Positions 10,958 through 23,942 of a stretch of 64,000 bases of DNA are shown here, piece after piece; the stretch's first letter is position 1, and each line of letters opens with the position of its first letter. Location: contig NMRA01000202.1 in assembly GCA_002633005.1 (NCBI GenBank), positions 167,516-231,515 of the forward strand, in the 5' to 3' direction. Source of the DNA: Phoronis australis. Lineage: Eukaryota; Animalia; Phoronida. The position numbers and the translations under genes are program-made. The notes under the pieces are model-generated. The model did not search any database. It had not been told where the DNA came from and saw only the letters and a list, made by a program, of their open reading frames with translations.

Positions 10958-13566
10958 GATTTCCACCATTTAATATTTACAGTACAATACAAAAATAATC
11001 ACAGATCATAACAACATCACCGTGCATTTCTAAATCAATACTTGATAACATAGAAACCAGAGAATGCAGGTTCGAGTTCTAGTCCTCGCAAAAGTGGAAC
11101 GATGAATGTCTACGTAACAACAGCTACATGTATGAAATAGCACATATACGATAAAATCACACCAATTTATATCACCACAATGTGACGGTTTCATTCTTCC
11201 TTTTAGCATTAAGATACGCACCACCAATTAAACGGCGTTATCAAATTCACATCACTTGAAGCCTTCAAAAGTGGACAAAGGTCAATTAACAATTTGGCAA
11301 TTATATTTGTGCCGAAATGGTGAGATTTTACCGTATGTCACCCCAAGGATCTCGATTAAACATTTTGTTGTTTCACATTGCCAGACATTAATACCTTAAT
11401 AATTTATTTCATAGCACAACTGAACGTTCATCACGCAATAATGATACTGGCTCTTGAAATTGCTATAGCATTTAACGAATTAGCGTGACAGGCTAGGAAA
11501 TTAACACCCATCCACGTTTTCGTGATACCTAATAGTAAGACTCCTCAGCTACAAGGATCTCTAACTTAGCCTCCCACAATGCTTTTGGTTTTTGGAATTG
11601 TGTGTAAACAATTACATTATAAATATTTCGGGTTCCTTTCGAATTGATTTAATAATCCTCCAAAAAGGGAGGAATGGCCGGTAACGAAGTGTTTACATTT
11701 AAAGATAAATTACTTATAAAATTACACTAACACAATTTCTCAGACCACAATATCTAGTAAACAATGGCTTAAAATTTAGAGATCACTGTACCGATGATTG
11801 AATGAGAAATAATTTATCAAAACTCTGTATTTTATACACATAATAAGCGCCTGAGATGGATATAAATCAAAACCGTCTATGGAATTTTAACCACAAATGT
11901 ATCCGTTTAAGACGTATTGACTTTTCTCAATCAGATATGTGTAACATCTATAAAAAGGGCGTAGGAAGCATTTAACATCTTTTTGGCTTTGTCCAATCGT
12001 AAATAATAATTATTACCAAAATAGGAAAGATGCTGACTTTCAACAAAAGTGGTTTGAACTTCTTTACTATGTAAACCCTGTCTGAAGATGAAGAGAGACA
12101 ATAATGTGTATGTTTGTGAGTGTGGTTATGAATGCAAATGTATATGGTATTGTTTTTTGGTAAAAATAACTGAAAGAAGAATCTTCAGTACTAGTACGCT
12201 TTTTAAATTAAAAATTACGCGCTCATCGATATCAAGTTGATCTGAAAAATGTTGAACTTAACTACTTAGTAATATTCGGACTGCACCTGTCATTATTTAA
12301 CGCTGATTAAAATGTTATTATCTAATTTCCAATGTTGGCGGCGAAGTGGTCACGTGATCTACTACCTCTTGAGAAGCGAACAAAAAAGTCACTTCCAAGT
12401 ACTCTTGTCAAGGTTGTCTGCTTCTAACCTAAACTTGCCCCTCAAACCTGAAATTGTTGGTTTTAACGTCCAAAATAACTGTTACCTTGGAAACGGCGCA
12501 TAATTCAGCTTTCGGCCACCTGACTAAGCGATGTGATACACTTTAGCTGGTAGTGGATCAGCAGAAACAGATTCCTCTGAACGGGGCTGTTTCGTTCGTC
12601 TAAAATGTAACCTTACTCACTCTCGTCTCTGATTCGTCCGACATGCCTGTCAATGACGCCCAATCAGATGAGTAAATCATTGCCAAAATGGGAGACAAGT
12701 ACCACTTCTCTTCAGCTTGTCAGCTTTATTAGAACACCGCGTAAGATAGTTGTTAAAAATCAAAACCATAAATGTATGGGTTATTTATAATATAATATCA
12801 CTTATCAAATTCTCAAATAGTGAATATTTCTCAAGTTGGACCTGGGCGCATACTAGTAGGCCTACTGCCAAGTATAGGTACTTATCAATGGCCTTACGCA
12901 ACCACACTTGCAAACTCAGCGACTAAATCGTGTTCATGCAGAGAAAACAACACTTTTTTCATAAGTGTGTTTGGTTTTCCCTAGCAAAAGTGTTGCCGGT
13001 TTCGATAAATCGTTGACGGCCACTGACTTTGCGACTCATAATAACTAGGGATGCTCATTAAAGTTAAATTTGAAAAGTGGGGTAAACCTATATCTATGTT
13101 CACCAAACTTAAAAATACACAAGTTTGTGACGTTAATTGGTCTTCTCTGTCTCATGTGTAACGTATTTCTACGGGCACATGTCTCGCCATCTACAGGTTA
13201 GGTAGGGAACCAGCCAAGTCACATCTTTGCCAGTCACGAATATTGTCACGTTTGCGACGCCAGGAACATTTTGGAGCATCCAGTTGTCTGCAGTCGCATT
13301 ATCGGTAATTTTATAGACAGTCTTTGGTCGCACTGATTTTTGTCCTTTGTATCCATGGTATATAGCAGTAGATTGTTGATTAATCTAATGCGGGTATCAG
13401 AGTACACTGATCGGTTAGTCAGTACTCAAAACCATGGTGGTTAGAAGTTTCACTATACAATAGGCTGTGTCTTTGACCTTTGAAGTCAATGGTCATATTT
13501 TGAGGGACCGTGTGTGCCCTGACACGACATCGGTTTTGTACAACTGTTTCGGTCACTGTGACTTTT

Positions 13567-13845
13567 CTACACAGAAAGTTCCTCGGTTTTGTGCGCGTGT
13601 CCGTTCATTAATGGTTTGGTGGCTCCGTCTGACCGACTCAACTTGTCAGTTCGGCATTGGCCACGTGATACTCGTTTGATAGGAGTACCCGTATGTAATG
13701 AATCACTGTCACTGTTCTGGTTATTATTTGAGCTCCTTGTGTACTGACTGGGGTACTTCACGGTTGCATTACCTTTACCCTTAAGCACGCATCGAAGATT
13801 TGCACAACATGGAAACCATTTGCTTGCAATATCACACAGGTCGGC
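13567..13845 (-). CDS. Neuropeptide-receptor-like GPCR, coding exon 3 (helix 8 and C-tail)
   Basis: Acceptor ttctctttgtag at 13846; ADLCDIASKWFPCCANLRCVLKGKG...EELSV*, phase 0 continuation of NHQFR; Cys cluster (palmitoylation) and Ser/Thr-rich tail. Confidence 0.85.
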   Translation of the reverse strand, partial: ADLCDIASKWFPCCANLRCVLKGKGNATVKYPSQYTRSSNNNQNSDSDSLHTGTPIKRVSRGQCRTDKLSRSDGATKPLMNGHAHKTEELSV

Positions 13846-15551
13846 CTACAAAGAGAATAAGAAAGTTAAGAGACATTAGAACTATTGCTCGCCATCTATT
13901 TTGAGCAGGAGGTCGACAAGGTTTGTAACAAGATTCCCTAACAAGTAGTCCTTCTCAATAAGCAGACGCGCCTCGTTGACGACTCTGCAATCTGAAAAAT
14001 TCATGACTTAAAATATCTTACTTCCTCCTCAGTAGGCAATTACATCGCCCTGAATGCCGCAGCCAGCCAGCCGAGGAACTACTACGTGTTGCCTACCCCC
14101 TCAGCTGGTCTGTCAGATAATTCATCTCCTCAGCATCCGTTTTGCGGAGAAATACATTTTCGAGCACGATGACCGCCAAAAGTACGCGCCTGAAAAACTC
14201 GGTGAATGGTCTTTTAGCTGCGGCCAATCTTCGCCACAAAAACACCCAGTAAGATTTCTCACATACTGAACTCCATGACCATTCATCCAGGCACCCGCAG
14301 CAAAACTTCCTAGCTAAAGGGAGGAACGAGCAAACGAAACGAACGTTTTCCAGGTTCACGAGAACATTTTCCCGTCGAAAATTGTAGTTGAACACTTCAT
14401 ACTTTACGACATTGTAGTCTATATCCGCCCGTCACGGTTTCACCAGAGACGGGAAGCTGGACAAAGCTAGAGTTTTGCAACTGCGAATGTTTGACGTTTG
14501 TCGAGCCAGCGTTTCGCACAAATTTACTACATCTTTCTACCATAGGTTAACCGCGACAATCGCGTCATCAGAAATTCCACGTGACGAAGGAGGTCCAACA
14601 AAAGTTAGTTTAATCGTGCACATAACTGCAACAATGCTCGTTCCCAAGGCGAGATTTCTTTTTTTATTGGTATAAGCGTGGCGTTGCTATTTAGGTCACA
14701 AACCAAATTGGTTCGAAAACGCGTATTTTCGTGTCGAAAGAACAGTAACTTGTTTTTTTTTTCATTTAGAAAACTTACCGTGGTGAAATTGATCTGTGAA
14801 TTAAGGTGATTTCAGGTCTTCGAAAAAAAAACGTCATTGCTCGAAATCGAGGCTCTAAAAGTGTCACTGCGTGTCAAGTCGAGTAAAATAACGAAGTGTC
14901 AGTTTTTTGTAAGCCAAGAAATAACTTCTCATCTGAGTAAGAAATAAGGCGAAACCAATTTTATAGGAGTACGTGGTCTAAATTTAGAATTCGATTCTTC
15001 AGGGAACACGGGTTTGTAGCTGTTTTAAGCACCCTCTACACTGGCAAACTCTACTGATCAAGCTTTCGTGCGAATCACGATTTAACTCGAAGTTGACTGA
15101 TGTTTTGTTGAGATTGCCAACCAGTTTACCCTAGCCAACTGGCTCTGTCAAAATTTCACTAGCAAGCACTGCAAACTGTTACTGGGCCGCGGTTAACAAG
15201 CAATCTCCACTCCAAACCTTAGTTTGCACACTGCCGAGGTCTAACTCGAACGAAGACTGGGCTTCAAATCCAGGCAACCCTCAATGGCGCGGTACTTAGC
15301 TAGATTAAAAAATGGATAATTTGGTGGAAAACAAAACTTTTCCCCCGTACATGATCCCTGACCCGGTATTTCCGATCTTTACCCCCAGGTTGCAGCTAAT
15401 TAAGTTACCCGGTTGGTTTTGCCAGCCCCACCCCTCCAGTCATCAATCGTTATGTCACTAAACAACAACTTGCCTTAGTGGTCGGTTAAAGTCAGTAATG
15501 TGGCTACCGGAGGGCTTCACAGAACCGGGGAAAGTTTAGCTCCATTAAGTC

Positions 15552-15624
15552 CTCTCTGGTCCCCTAAGTGCCAAGCCAGCACGCTGGCTATTGACCACCT
15601 AGCGGCACGCAGGGAACCAGCGAG
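15552..15624. mobile_element. MITE family B (palindromic); other copies 32354-32421 and 48066-48625
   Basis: Ends CTC(G)CTGGT(T)CCC..GGGAACCAGCGAG; TSD CATTAAGTC x2 (9/9), CAGCGATCG/CAGTGATCG (8/9), CAATCCAGCA/CAATCCAGAA (9/10). Confidence 0.85.
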
Positions 15625-15998
15625 CATTAAGTCAGGTTAGCTTTTTTCGGTGTATTAGAACCAGAGTAGAGTTTAGTAACGCCAGGACCTACGCGACGTA
15701 ACCTCCCGAAGTCTTGCTTTTTAGCGAGGTCCTCATGAACTCTTCCCAGACGGGCGTTTCGTAGACGCGAGAGTCTCGCGAAAATGTGCCGAGATCGCGC
15801 AAGAACTCCTGAGATTTTGTCAATCATTACAAGCAATGAACATGGTCACACTAGCTTCCTTAGCAAGATTCTACGTCCACAGAGCTAAACCCCAGTGACA
15901 TATCTTGCGAGTTTGGCCACATCATACAAATGACTTCACGTAGTTTGTCCTCCTCAGAACATTGTCTCATCAGCCCAATAACACACGGCAACACTTAC

Positions 15999-16202
15999 CC
16001 TAAACTGGTGGTTCATAAACCCATAGATGATTGGATTCTGGAAACTGTTGGACATGGCCAGTATATGTACGCAGAAGTAAATGATAGTCAAGGCTCGCAT
16101 TGAAATCTGGGGAGGATTGTAGTCTAAGACGAGAAAGAAGACCTGTAGCGGCAGCCAGCAGACGCCGAAGAGCGCAAGAATGATGATGAGCATTTTGACG
16201 AC
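15999..16202 (-). CDS. Neuropeptide-receptor-like GPCR, coding exon 2 (TM6-TM7)
   Basis: Acceptor ttttccgtag, donor AGG/GTAAGT; VVKMLIIILALFGVCWLP...AMSNSFQNPIIYGFMNHQFR with CWLP and NPxxY motifs; 204 nt, phase 0/0. Confidence 0.95.
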
Positions 16203-16883
16203 CTACGGAAAATACGAAATCTATGAAACGAATGACACACTAAAGCAAAGTTTCACGTTCGATTGAGAACAGAAGCAAAAGGGGGAGTTCAGTTGGCTTG
16301 GATTCCGGGTGACGTTTCGCCACTACTTTGAAAGACATGTCATGAAATGAAGGCTGTGCTCCCGATCCCATTCTGCCTTCCCGACTGTAGTTAATTATCG
16401 ATATTGTCTAAAGCGTACAATGCCCTTTTAGGGAGACTCCCCTACCCTTCATAAAGAGTAGACCTACTTCGAAAGACGTTCAGTACCATCTCCCATACAG
16501 GAATGTCACCGACATTTTTCAAAATCAAAAGCGTGAGCCTGTAGTTAACGACCATTATTAAGGACTCATGTTTTCAATCCGTTAGTACACAATCTGAAAT
16601 CCTTCACGGTGCCTAAATTGTGTACAGCAATCATTGAAAAAAATATTCACAATAAAGTGCCTTACTAAGACGTAACATTTTGCTTTATGAATAAGCCATA
16701 ATCTTTTACAAAAAACGAAATGCGTGAAAGCTTGCTTAGTCGTCCGCATGAACGACTAGTGATTTTTGGGAGGGGATATTGTCGCGTCGTTCCCTATCTC
16801 ATATCAAAGATGCGAACTAGCCAGCGTTGGTGTGTTCCTAACTTTCGCCACGTTGAACTGATGTCGCCAAGTAAAGTACCTAC

Positions 16884-17750
16884 CTTCCTCTTACTCTTAA
16901 GCTGGGCTGCGTCCCTGGTTTCATCCCTGTTGCCAGGTGAAGTCCTCGTCCACAGTTTTCGGGCAATAATCGTGTAAGTTATTGTCAGTATTATAAATGG
17001 AATAAGATATGTAAATGTTAATACAAACAGTGTGAACACTTGTTTGTCTTCGTTGTTCGCCCAGTCCTCACCGCAATCAGCTTTGGTAGAAAACTCCGTT
17101 GCCTTGGTAACACGACCTACCCATAACTCTACGCCGGCCAGTAAAAGAGCAACTATCCATATAGAGATGATGATGATTTTTGACCGGTATTTCGTTGACA
17201 TTGATTTCAATGGAAACACGACGACTATGAACCGGTCAATTCCTATGGCCATGTTGGTCAACACGCTGGCAGTGACCGAGAAGACTTGCATGAAAAGTAC
17301 GATGGGGCACATGGGTGCGGAGAAAATCCAAGTATCCAACATAGCGTTTGTGAATGAAAATGGCATGCAGAAGATTGCTTGTATCAAGTCAGCAATCGCC
17401 AGGTTGATGAGGAAGATTCGAAGGTCCGATTTACTTCTTCGCCCTATGGCGAACACCGTTATCGCGACGGTGTTCCCTGCTACAGAGAGGATGGTTATGA
17501 ACGAGTAGATGATGATCAGAAGGGCTTGAGCCTCTGTTTCCATTGGATTTGGATGAATTGCTGATTGGTTGCTTTTGCTGTCTAACTCGAAGTCGCTGAT
17601 ATTCCCAGTAACATTTATGTTTGCTGTTGTTGTGTCCAACGAAACTGACGCAGTCCGTACTTCCATTTTGGGTCGAGCGTCGCCAGATGTCGCCGAAATA
17701 GGTTGGAAATATCCACCGGTGAAATTAAATAAATCTTTTAAAGTCGCCAT
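16884..17750 (-). CDS. Neuropeptide-receptor-like class A GPCR (tachykinin/RYamide-luqin/GPR83-like), coding exon 1 (N-term to ICL3)
   Basis: ATG at 17750 with in-frame upstream stop; N-glycosylation sites NFT/NVT/NIS/NQS; GN (TM1), NLAIADL (TM2), W.F...MC, DRF (TM3), YLIP (TM5), KSKRK then donor AAG/GTAGGT. Spliced product 449 aa. Confidence 0.95.
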
Positions 17751-18417
17751 GTGAAATTCACGAAATTGATGAACTGCTTCACGCCTTGAAGATTCCGCTG
17801 ACAAGATATGTGTGTTTCACGTCATCACCGTCAACCTGAGATGTAAAAGATGTTTAATTAATGTGATCAGATGACACCAAGGGGACAATTAAAACTATAA
17901 TTTCTCCAGTCCTAATGTCGAGCTACCCGTGGGGAAGATAACCTGTATGATTAATCATTTACACGTGTCTGCGTGATTAAAGTAAAGTGTTTACACCTTT
18001 ATACTACGAGAAAAATCGAAATCTTTGAGCATGCGTTTCTATGGCAACCCACGGACACAGTTTGCGATTAACATTTCCATCGCCTTAACAATTAAGTATC
18101 AAAAATAGAAGTGGCAGATCGTGATTTCCATAGGATGTTTGGAGTGTGTGGTGCATAAAACTGTCTGCAGTTACTGTTCAGCAGGTGGTCCTTTCGTAAT
18201 TTCGAATTACGTAACAGTTACACAAAGCAACAAAAGACTCAAACTATGACCGAGTTCCGTAGCGAATCAACCGACGGAAAAACCATTAAGTAGCGAGCAT
18301 CTCATTATTGACTGATTACGTTTACGTCATTTGAGTATTATTGTGTGGACACAGCCCTGAGTTCAGTAGCGCTTCATGAGATAATGTCATGTATTTTAAA
18401 TGAAAACACGCGATTTA

Positions 18418-18646
18418 CATGCGCGCACCCAGCCTTCAATATGGGGGGCTCGAATTCTTGCCGTTGTGGACCTTTTGGTAACAAAAAGGCGGGCGGACTA
18501 AAAAAAAAAAAACGGGGCACCCCTGTGAATTGCGGGGGGACTTATGTCTCATTTTCTCGGACTTTTTGTTTCTCAGAGGCGGACCTTTTTGCCCACTTCG
18601 CCAAATGGAGGGGTGGCTCGTTCGAGCCCCTCCTGGGTGCGCGCAT
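18418..18646 (+). mobile_element. GC-rich MITE family C; other copies 33228-33446 (minus, truncated) and 58962-59218
   Basis: Perfect 15-bp TIR CATGCGCGCACCCAG; shared interior GGGGGGCTCGAATT, GTGGACCTTTT, CGGACCTTTTTGCCCACTTCGCCAAA. Confidence 0.9.
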
Positions 18647-19911
18647 GATTTAGGCTAGATTTTAGGTAACCCGATTCCCGGTCCTCACACGCTGACGTCA
18701 CGGAAAGCTTGTGGACGTCCGAGCGTTACTACCCAGTTTTAACCATGTTCATTCGATGCAGTGTTCGTCCGCTTCCGCGTGACGTACTACATATAGTAAT
18801 ACAACTTACATAATAAATGAACAGTATAACAACGTACGGGAAAGGACGAATTATGTCAAATGAGCGTGGTTTTAAATGGTTCCTATTACGACAGGAGCCA
18901 GTGCAACAGCATTCAAAGCTGGAACACACTTTCTAGTATAACACGCAATTTGTGTTTTGAGTGAGGATATTACCAAAAGCGTTAAACGACCTAATCGTTG
19001 TATGTGACAAATTCAACATGGCCACCGTGCAGACACCGTGCATTACACATCCCCAGGGTGGACTCATATAGTACGTTCCCAAAATTTCCAGCGCATTAGC
19101 ACACTTGGTGAGAACATTAATTGTCCTTACCTATCATTTTGCTACGTCAAGTTTTAGTTATGAAACGTACCGAGAGTAAAGTATACAATGAATTCTTAAC
19201 ATATTTAAAAAGTAAATAATACGGATCTTTCATTGCAACTCGCAATTTAACGACCTAGTCCCTAACTCAGTTTACAGATATATCATTAGAAAATCGCATG
19301 AGTAAAAGAATCGCTCACAATAATTAAAGATAATGTGATTGAAAAAACTAACGCTAGTGAGTAAGAAAAGTTTACAAAGGGGACGAAATTTCAGGAAGGT
19401 AGACGAGTCCCTATTGGGACAGTGTCATTCAGCCGGCCACCGATGTCATACGAAGTATTAGTTTGTTGTAACTAATAATTCGCCTCCTGCAATTGCTCGC
19501 CAATCACTGCTTGTTTTTTGACACAAATCCAAGTGCACGGGTCACGTGAAGAGGAAACTGCCACACACTCAGGTCACAACCATGACCGTATACCCATTCG
19601 GCAATACAACTCAATGTCACCACTCCTATACGAGCTGGTAGGCCTACGTGTGTAGCTCTATGTACACACTAAGCACTCTGATACATCGTGTACTGATTAT
19701 CTTGGACCATCTACACACCACGCTTGTCGCGCCTAACTTCGTTCACCGGTGCGATTCTTGAGCTAGAAAAGTTGTTTCAGAACTCCCGTTTTACACACTA
19801 AGAATATTCGTATTCACAAATATCGGAATGAGTAGGCAAGGCATGTGACGCAATGTCAGCTCTCCCCAAGTCTAAGTGGCCATTTCTAAAGTGAGTAAAT
19901 AAGAACAATCT

Positions 19912-20631
19912 CCTCGGAAAATAAAGGGACGGGGAAAATCTATGAATTATTCATTTCCAAATTGTATGTAAAACCTGTCGCGGAATTGAAGTGGGAGAGA
20001 GAAATTAACTTATGCGATGATACTCAATCTTGGATAAAATTCATTCTGTAATTTATCATTGTACTTCCGATGTCAGACTCAGATGGTTTCAATTCCGTAT
20101 CAACCAGAGACTTATTGGTACAAACTCTTATTTAAAGAAAATAGGTGTTAGTGAATGTTATGTTCTTTCTGTGAGCAACATGAAGAAACAATTCTACATT
20201 TGTATTGGGAATGTTCACTTGTTCAGAAGTTTTGGGGATGTTTAAAACCATGGATGATAAATCAGTGCAATTTCCCTCTGCAGTTAACTATGTCTTCCGC
20301 CTTGTTTGGAGACCCAGCCTGTAGATTAGAAGTTGTGAATTTAATTCTTTGTTTAGCGAAATTTCATTTATATAGGCAAAGACTGCAAAAGGCTAAGCCC
20401 AATTTTCAGTCATTTTTACGTGAGGTATGTGATTACTACAACCTGGAAAAAATTATTTACAATGATAAATTGGATCTTGAAAGATTCCAGGCAAGGTGGT
20501 CTTCTTTTTGCCTATCTAGCTCTTATAAGGTCCGATAATGTTCGTAATTTGTTAGATGCACCTGACTAGATTTCATATTGCTGTACAACTATGTACTGGT
20601 TGGTTGAATTAATAAATGTTTCATCCAAAAA
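19912..20631 (+). mobile_element. 5'-truncated L1/Tx1-clade LINE 3' end (zf-RVT region, frameshifted)
   Basis: LRWFQFRINQRLIGTNSYLKKIG / CSFCEQHEETILHLYWEC..V..FW...NLIL..AK..Y; AATAAA at 20611, A-tail 20627-20634; 15-bp TSD AAATAAGAACAATCT / AAATCAGAACAACCT (13/15). Confidence 0.92.
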
Positions 20632-21888
20632 AAATCAGAACAACCTGGTTTAATTATAACGAGAAGCAGTACTAAGTCAAGGGTTACTTTTGAAGTTTAA
20701 AGACACTCTTTCCGGCCTTTACCTTCACTAATGTAGAAAACAGGAAAGTTTCGCCAGTCGAAAGGAATCAATAAAAGGCGAACATTTCGTAACTTTCAGT
20801 CCTGCTTGTCTTTGCATTACTTTACTTTTTACTTTTAACTTTTTAAAAAGTGGACGGTGTTTCCGCGAAAACCCCGATCATTACATAGGACAGTAACAAG
20901 AGTCTGCTGTCACTGTCTACGGCGGCCATTTTAAGTGGTGCACCACTTAAACAAAAATCAAACTAAAAATCATATTAAATTAAATTTGAAAAAAATTAAT
21001 CCTGTTGAACGAGCATTATTTGAGCTTAAGAATAAATTGAACTAACTGTTTCACGAAGTTTTTAACAAACGGAAAGGGTAATACTTAAAAAGGCTGCCTC
21101 AAATACATTTGTACTAGGCCATTGGGAATCAGGTCGGTTCAGACTGTGCTCAGACGCAGTTTTCGCGCGTACAACTAGTTATCGCTTCGTGTGCGGCGAG
21201 CAACATTAGCATTTGGTGTGTACCCAGCCTTTCTACATAACATAGATAGGGCGTTGCATAAATAAGACGACTCACTGAGTGTGCGTTGGTCAATACAACA
21301 AATCCCTCTTGAGGCCATGGCGAGCATTAACACAGTTTCTATAAGATGATGTTTCATACGGCACGACGGCAGAACATTTCATTAACCGACTCAACTAAAC
21401 GGTTAAGCCGTAAATAATGTTTTCTAACAACTGAACCAGAAGTATATTCATTTGCAAGACTGTGAAGGAAACTTTCCCTTGGGATCGAGTTGATTTGAAG
21501 AACTACAGCCCTTTCATGTACCGCACGGTTATCTCAACAACAATGCTCATACGCCGCTGTTGCGACGGCTCACGGACAACAATAATATTTCTTATTTCGT
21601 GAGCAGCAATTAAATACGCGTTGGGTAAATTATTTAACAATCACGAATCTGCAGTTCCATTGTGTCTGTCAAAAGCTTGACCATCTTCGTTACAGATATA
21701 TAGTTAGTCAAGTTGCCTACACATGGCCCCCATGGTGAACCCTGCAGTATAATTAAGAGAGCAAAATTACATACACTAAGATCAACATTGAACATTTTGT
21801 AATTCAAGGTGGCGGATGCCGTCATTTTGAATTTCGACCCACTTTGTTCTTTTCAACTTGATGACTTACAAGGGCATGCAAAACCAGT

Positions 21889-22204
21889 GTGTTCCATCAA
21901 AACAGCTACCCCGGTGTAAAACATATATCCCGCAGCAGAAAACAGATTCCCGCAAATTCAAACAGCTAACCAGCCCGAAAAACACGAACCCCGAGCTAGC
22001 TTTAAAACAGGAATCCCGGGGATCGGACAGTGAACACGGGTACCGATAAAAAGAGTCCAGGTTTGCTGTCCGATCCCTGGGATTCCTGTTTTAAAGGTTG
22101 GGGTTCGTGTTTTTCGGCCGGGCTGGTTAGCTGTTTTGAATGTGCGGAAATCTACGACTCCGGGATATCTGTTTTACACCGGGGTTCCTGTTTCGATGGA
22201 ACAC
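21889..22204. mobile_element. Foldback MITE with ~145-bp arms
   Basis: GTGTTCCATC..CCCCGGTGTAAAACA..AACAGCTAACCAGCCCG..TTTAAAACAGGAATCCC.GGGATCGGACAG mirrored in reverse complement around a ~30-bp loop. Confidence 0.88.
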
Positions 22205-22270
22205 CTTGAATACATCGTTTATACCAATGTCTGCAATGCGAAGCCCATTGCAAGTTTCAGTTGCATAATA

Positions 22271-22382
22271 ATACCGCGCCGTATAGCAAGACGTCGCATT
22301 ATCACGCGTCATGTTGTTATTGCTGAACAATGCACGTGACGTCATGCAACAATCAAACTTATCCAGAGGATAACTTTTGAAG
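22271..22382 (-). repeat. Dispersed repeat, inverted copy at ~47237-47350
   Basis: GACGTCGCATTATCACGCGTCA and TGACGTCATGCAACAATCAAACTTATCCAG match the reverse complement at 47250-47330. Confidence 0.85.
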
Positions 22383-22389
22383 AAAAAAT

Positions 22390-22865
22390 AAAGTTTGAGT
22401 CTAATACTGGAATACAAAGTTACAATCAGGGAAGTTGCGTCCGCATCTCACGGACTTCAGCTTGGCTTGTGACGTTATCGTTATTCTGGCCAATTGGTGG
22501 CGTTTTGACCAGACGGCGCGGCATTGACGTCAGAACACCATCCCATACGTGTGACAAATCGAATCTTAAACCGCCTCTTTTATTTAAAGAGGGACTCTCA
22601 ATGCGCTGCCCGCTCATGGAGAGCTTCCTTCACACCCCTTCTGAACCAGTCTTCCTCACAGTCTAGGATAGTGACATCATCAGTATTGAAATCATGGCCA
22701 GTGGCGCACAGGTGGCTAAAAATAGCCGAAACATAAGTGTCCCCGTAACTAGGACGACAATGTTGTGACGTAAGCATTTTAATGGACAGTTTCGTTTCAT
22801 CTATGTAACTGTCTGAGCTCTGGGGATCCTTACACTGAACACCATAGACACAACACATGTCAAGG
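22390..22865 (-). mobile_element. Penelope-like retroelement fragment (GIY-YIG endonuclease and 3' end)
   Basis: VYGVQC...YIDET...SQH...SAIFSHL...GHDF....VTILDCEEDWFRRGVKEA / RIESPSLNKRGGLRFDLSHVWD (frameshifted), followed by a decayed hammerhead-like motif at 22431-22462. Confidence 0.9.
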
Positions 22866-23942
22866 ACAACACCCCACGGGTAATAAATTATGTGTTGTCT
22901 TAAAATTTTCATGCTCTCATAACTTATGAAGCTTTATGCAACTCAGCCCAGATGTCATGTTATTGATGCGGGGTCACTTTGAGGTCAAAATAGATGTCAA
23001 AGATCAAAATTGCCTACGTCCTTCACAAAGAACCTCTATACATTTTCTTAAAACATTTATTATGGAAGACTACAGTGTGCCAAAAACCTTTGCTCATGAG
23101 TTTCCAAGGTTGTATCGGCACACAAAAGAAAGCATTTGGTGTGGAAATGCTCATCAGTTCAGCGTTTGCTGGAGTCTCCAAGATCGACAACGGAAAGGCA
23201 TTGTAAATTCTGTGTGCGCATACAGTCTCATCACAGCCGTGTTGGTTTATCAGTTTCTACTAGAATGGGACCGAGACTTATGAAGAGCTCAAGATTTAAT
23301 GGAGATGGTTGACCATCAGAATCCTCAGTGACAACATTGATGTCAGTTGACGCCAAGATTAAAATGAAGAAGTGGAACAGCTGAATTTCGCACGTACATA
23401 ACGCAAAAGTTCAGAGATTAGGCCCCAGAAAGTGCAGGCAACTTCTCGAAAGAACGATGTCCGTGTCCACTTCAACCGTGGGCGGAAGATGCTTCCACGA
23501 AATGCCACCAACACAGTCCATTTACAATAATACAACAGAACAGGAATGTGATAATAGGCCTGTTTGTAGCATGTGCAAACTAGACACATAGTCTACAAAT
23601 GTGTAACGTGTGCGGACTACACGTATACATATAGAACACATGGAAATAAACTTTAAAAAAAGAAAAAATATATAGAACACATTCACAAACAATACACAGC
23701 GACTTTGGTTACGTAGATTTTGGGAAGATATCTGATAACAGTATTTAGCGATCACAAAAGAAGCCAAAGGATGTTGCTTTAGTATTTACCATACAGTTAA
23801 CATTTCGTCCGCCAAAAGAGTTAGATTTTTCTTACTTCCGTTCAACTTATCATTTGACCTCACTGGAGACTGATTAACCCTGCACCCATGACTAATTACC
23901 CGAAATGGGTTCTAAGTCCCAGAAAACAGTAGAAACGATACA

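Noticed and set aside
17032-17754. Plus-strand ORFs overlapping the GPCR
   Set aside because: Antisense shadows of the real CDS with no recognisable motifs.
17751-17804. Longer GPCR N-terminus from the ORF track (start 17804)
   Set aside because: That start is TTG; the first in-frame ATG after the stop at 17817-17819 is 17750. The ORF tail 16794-16883 is intron read-through.
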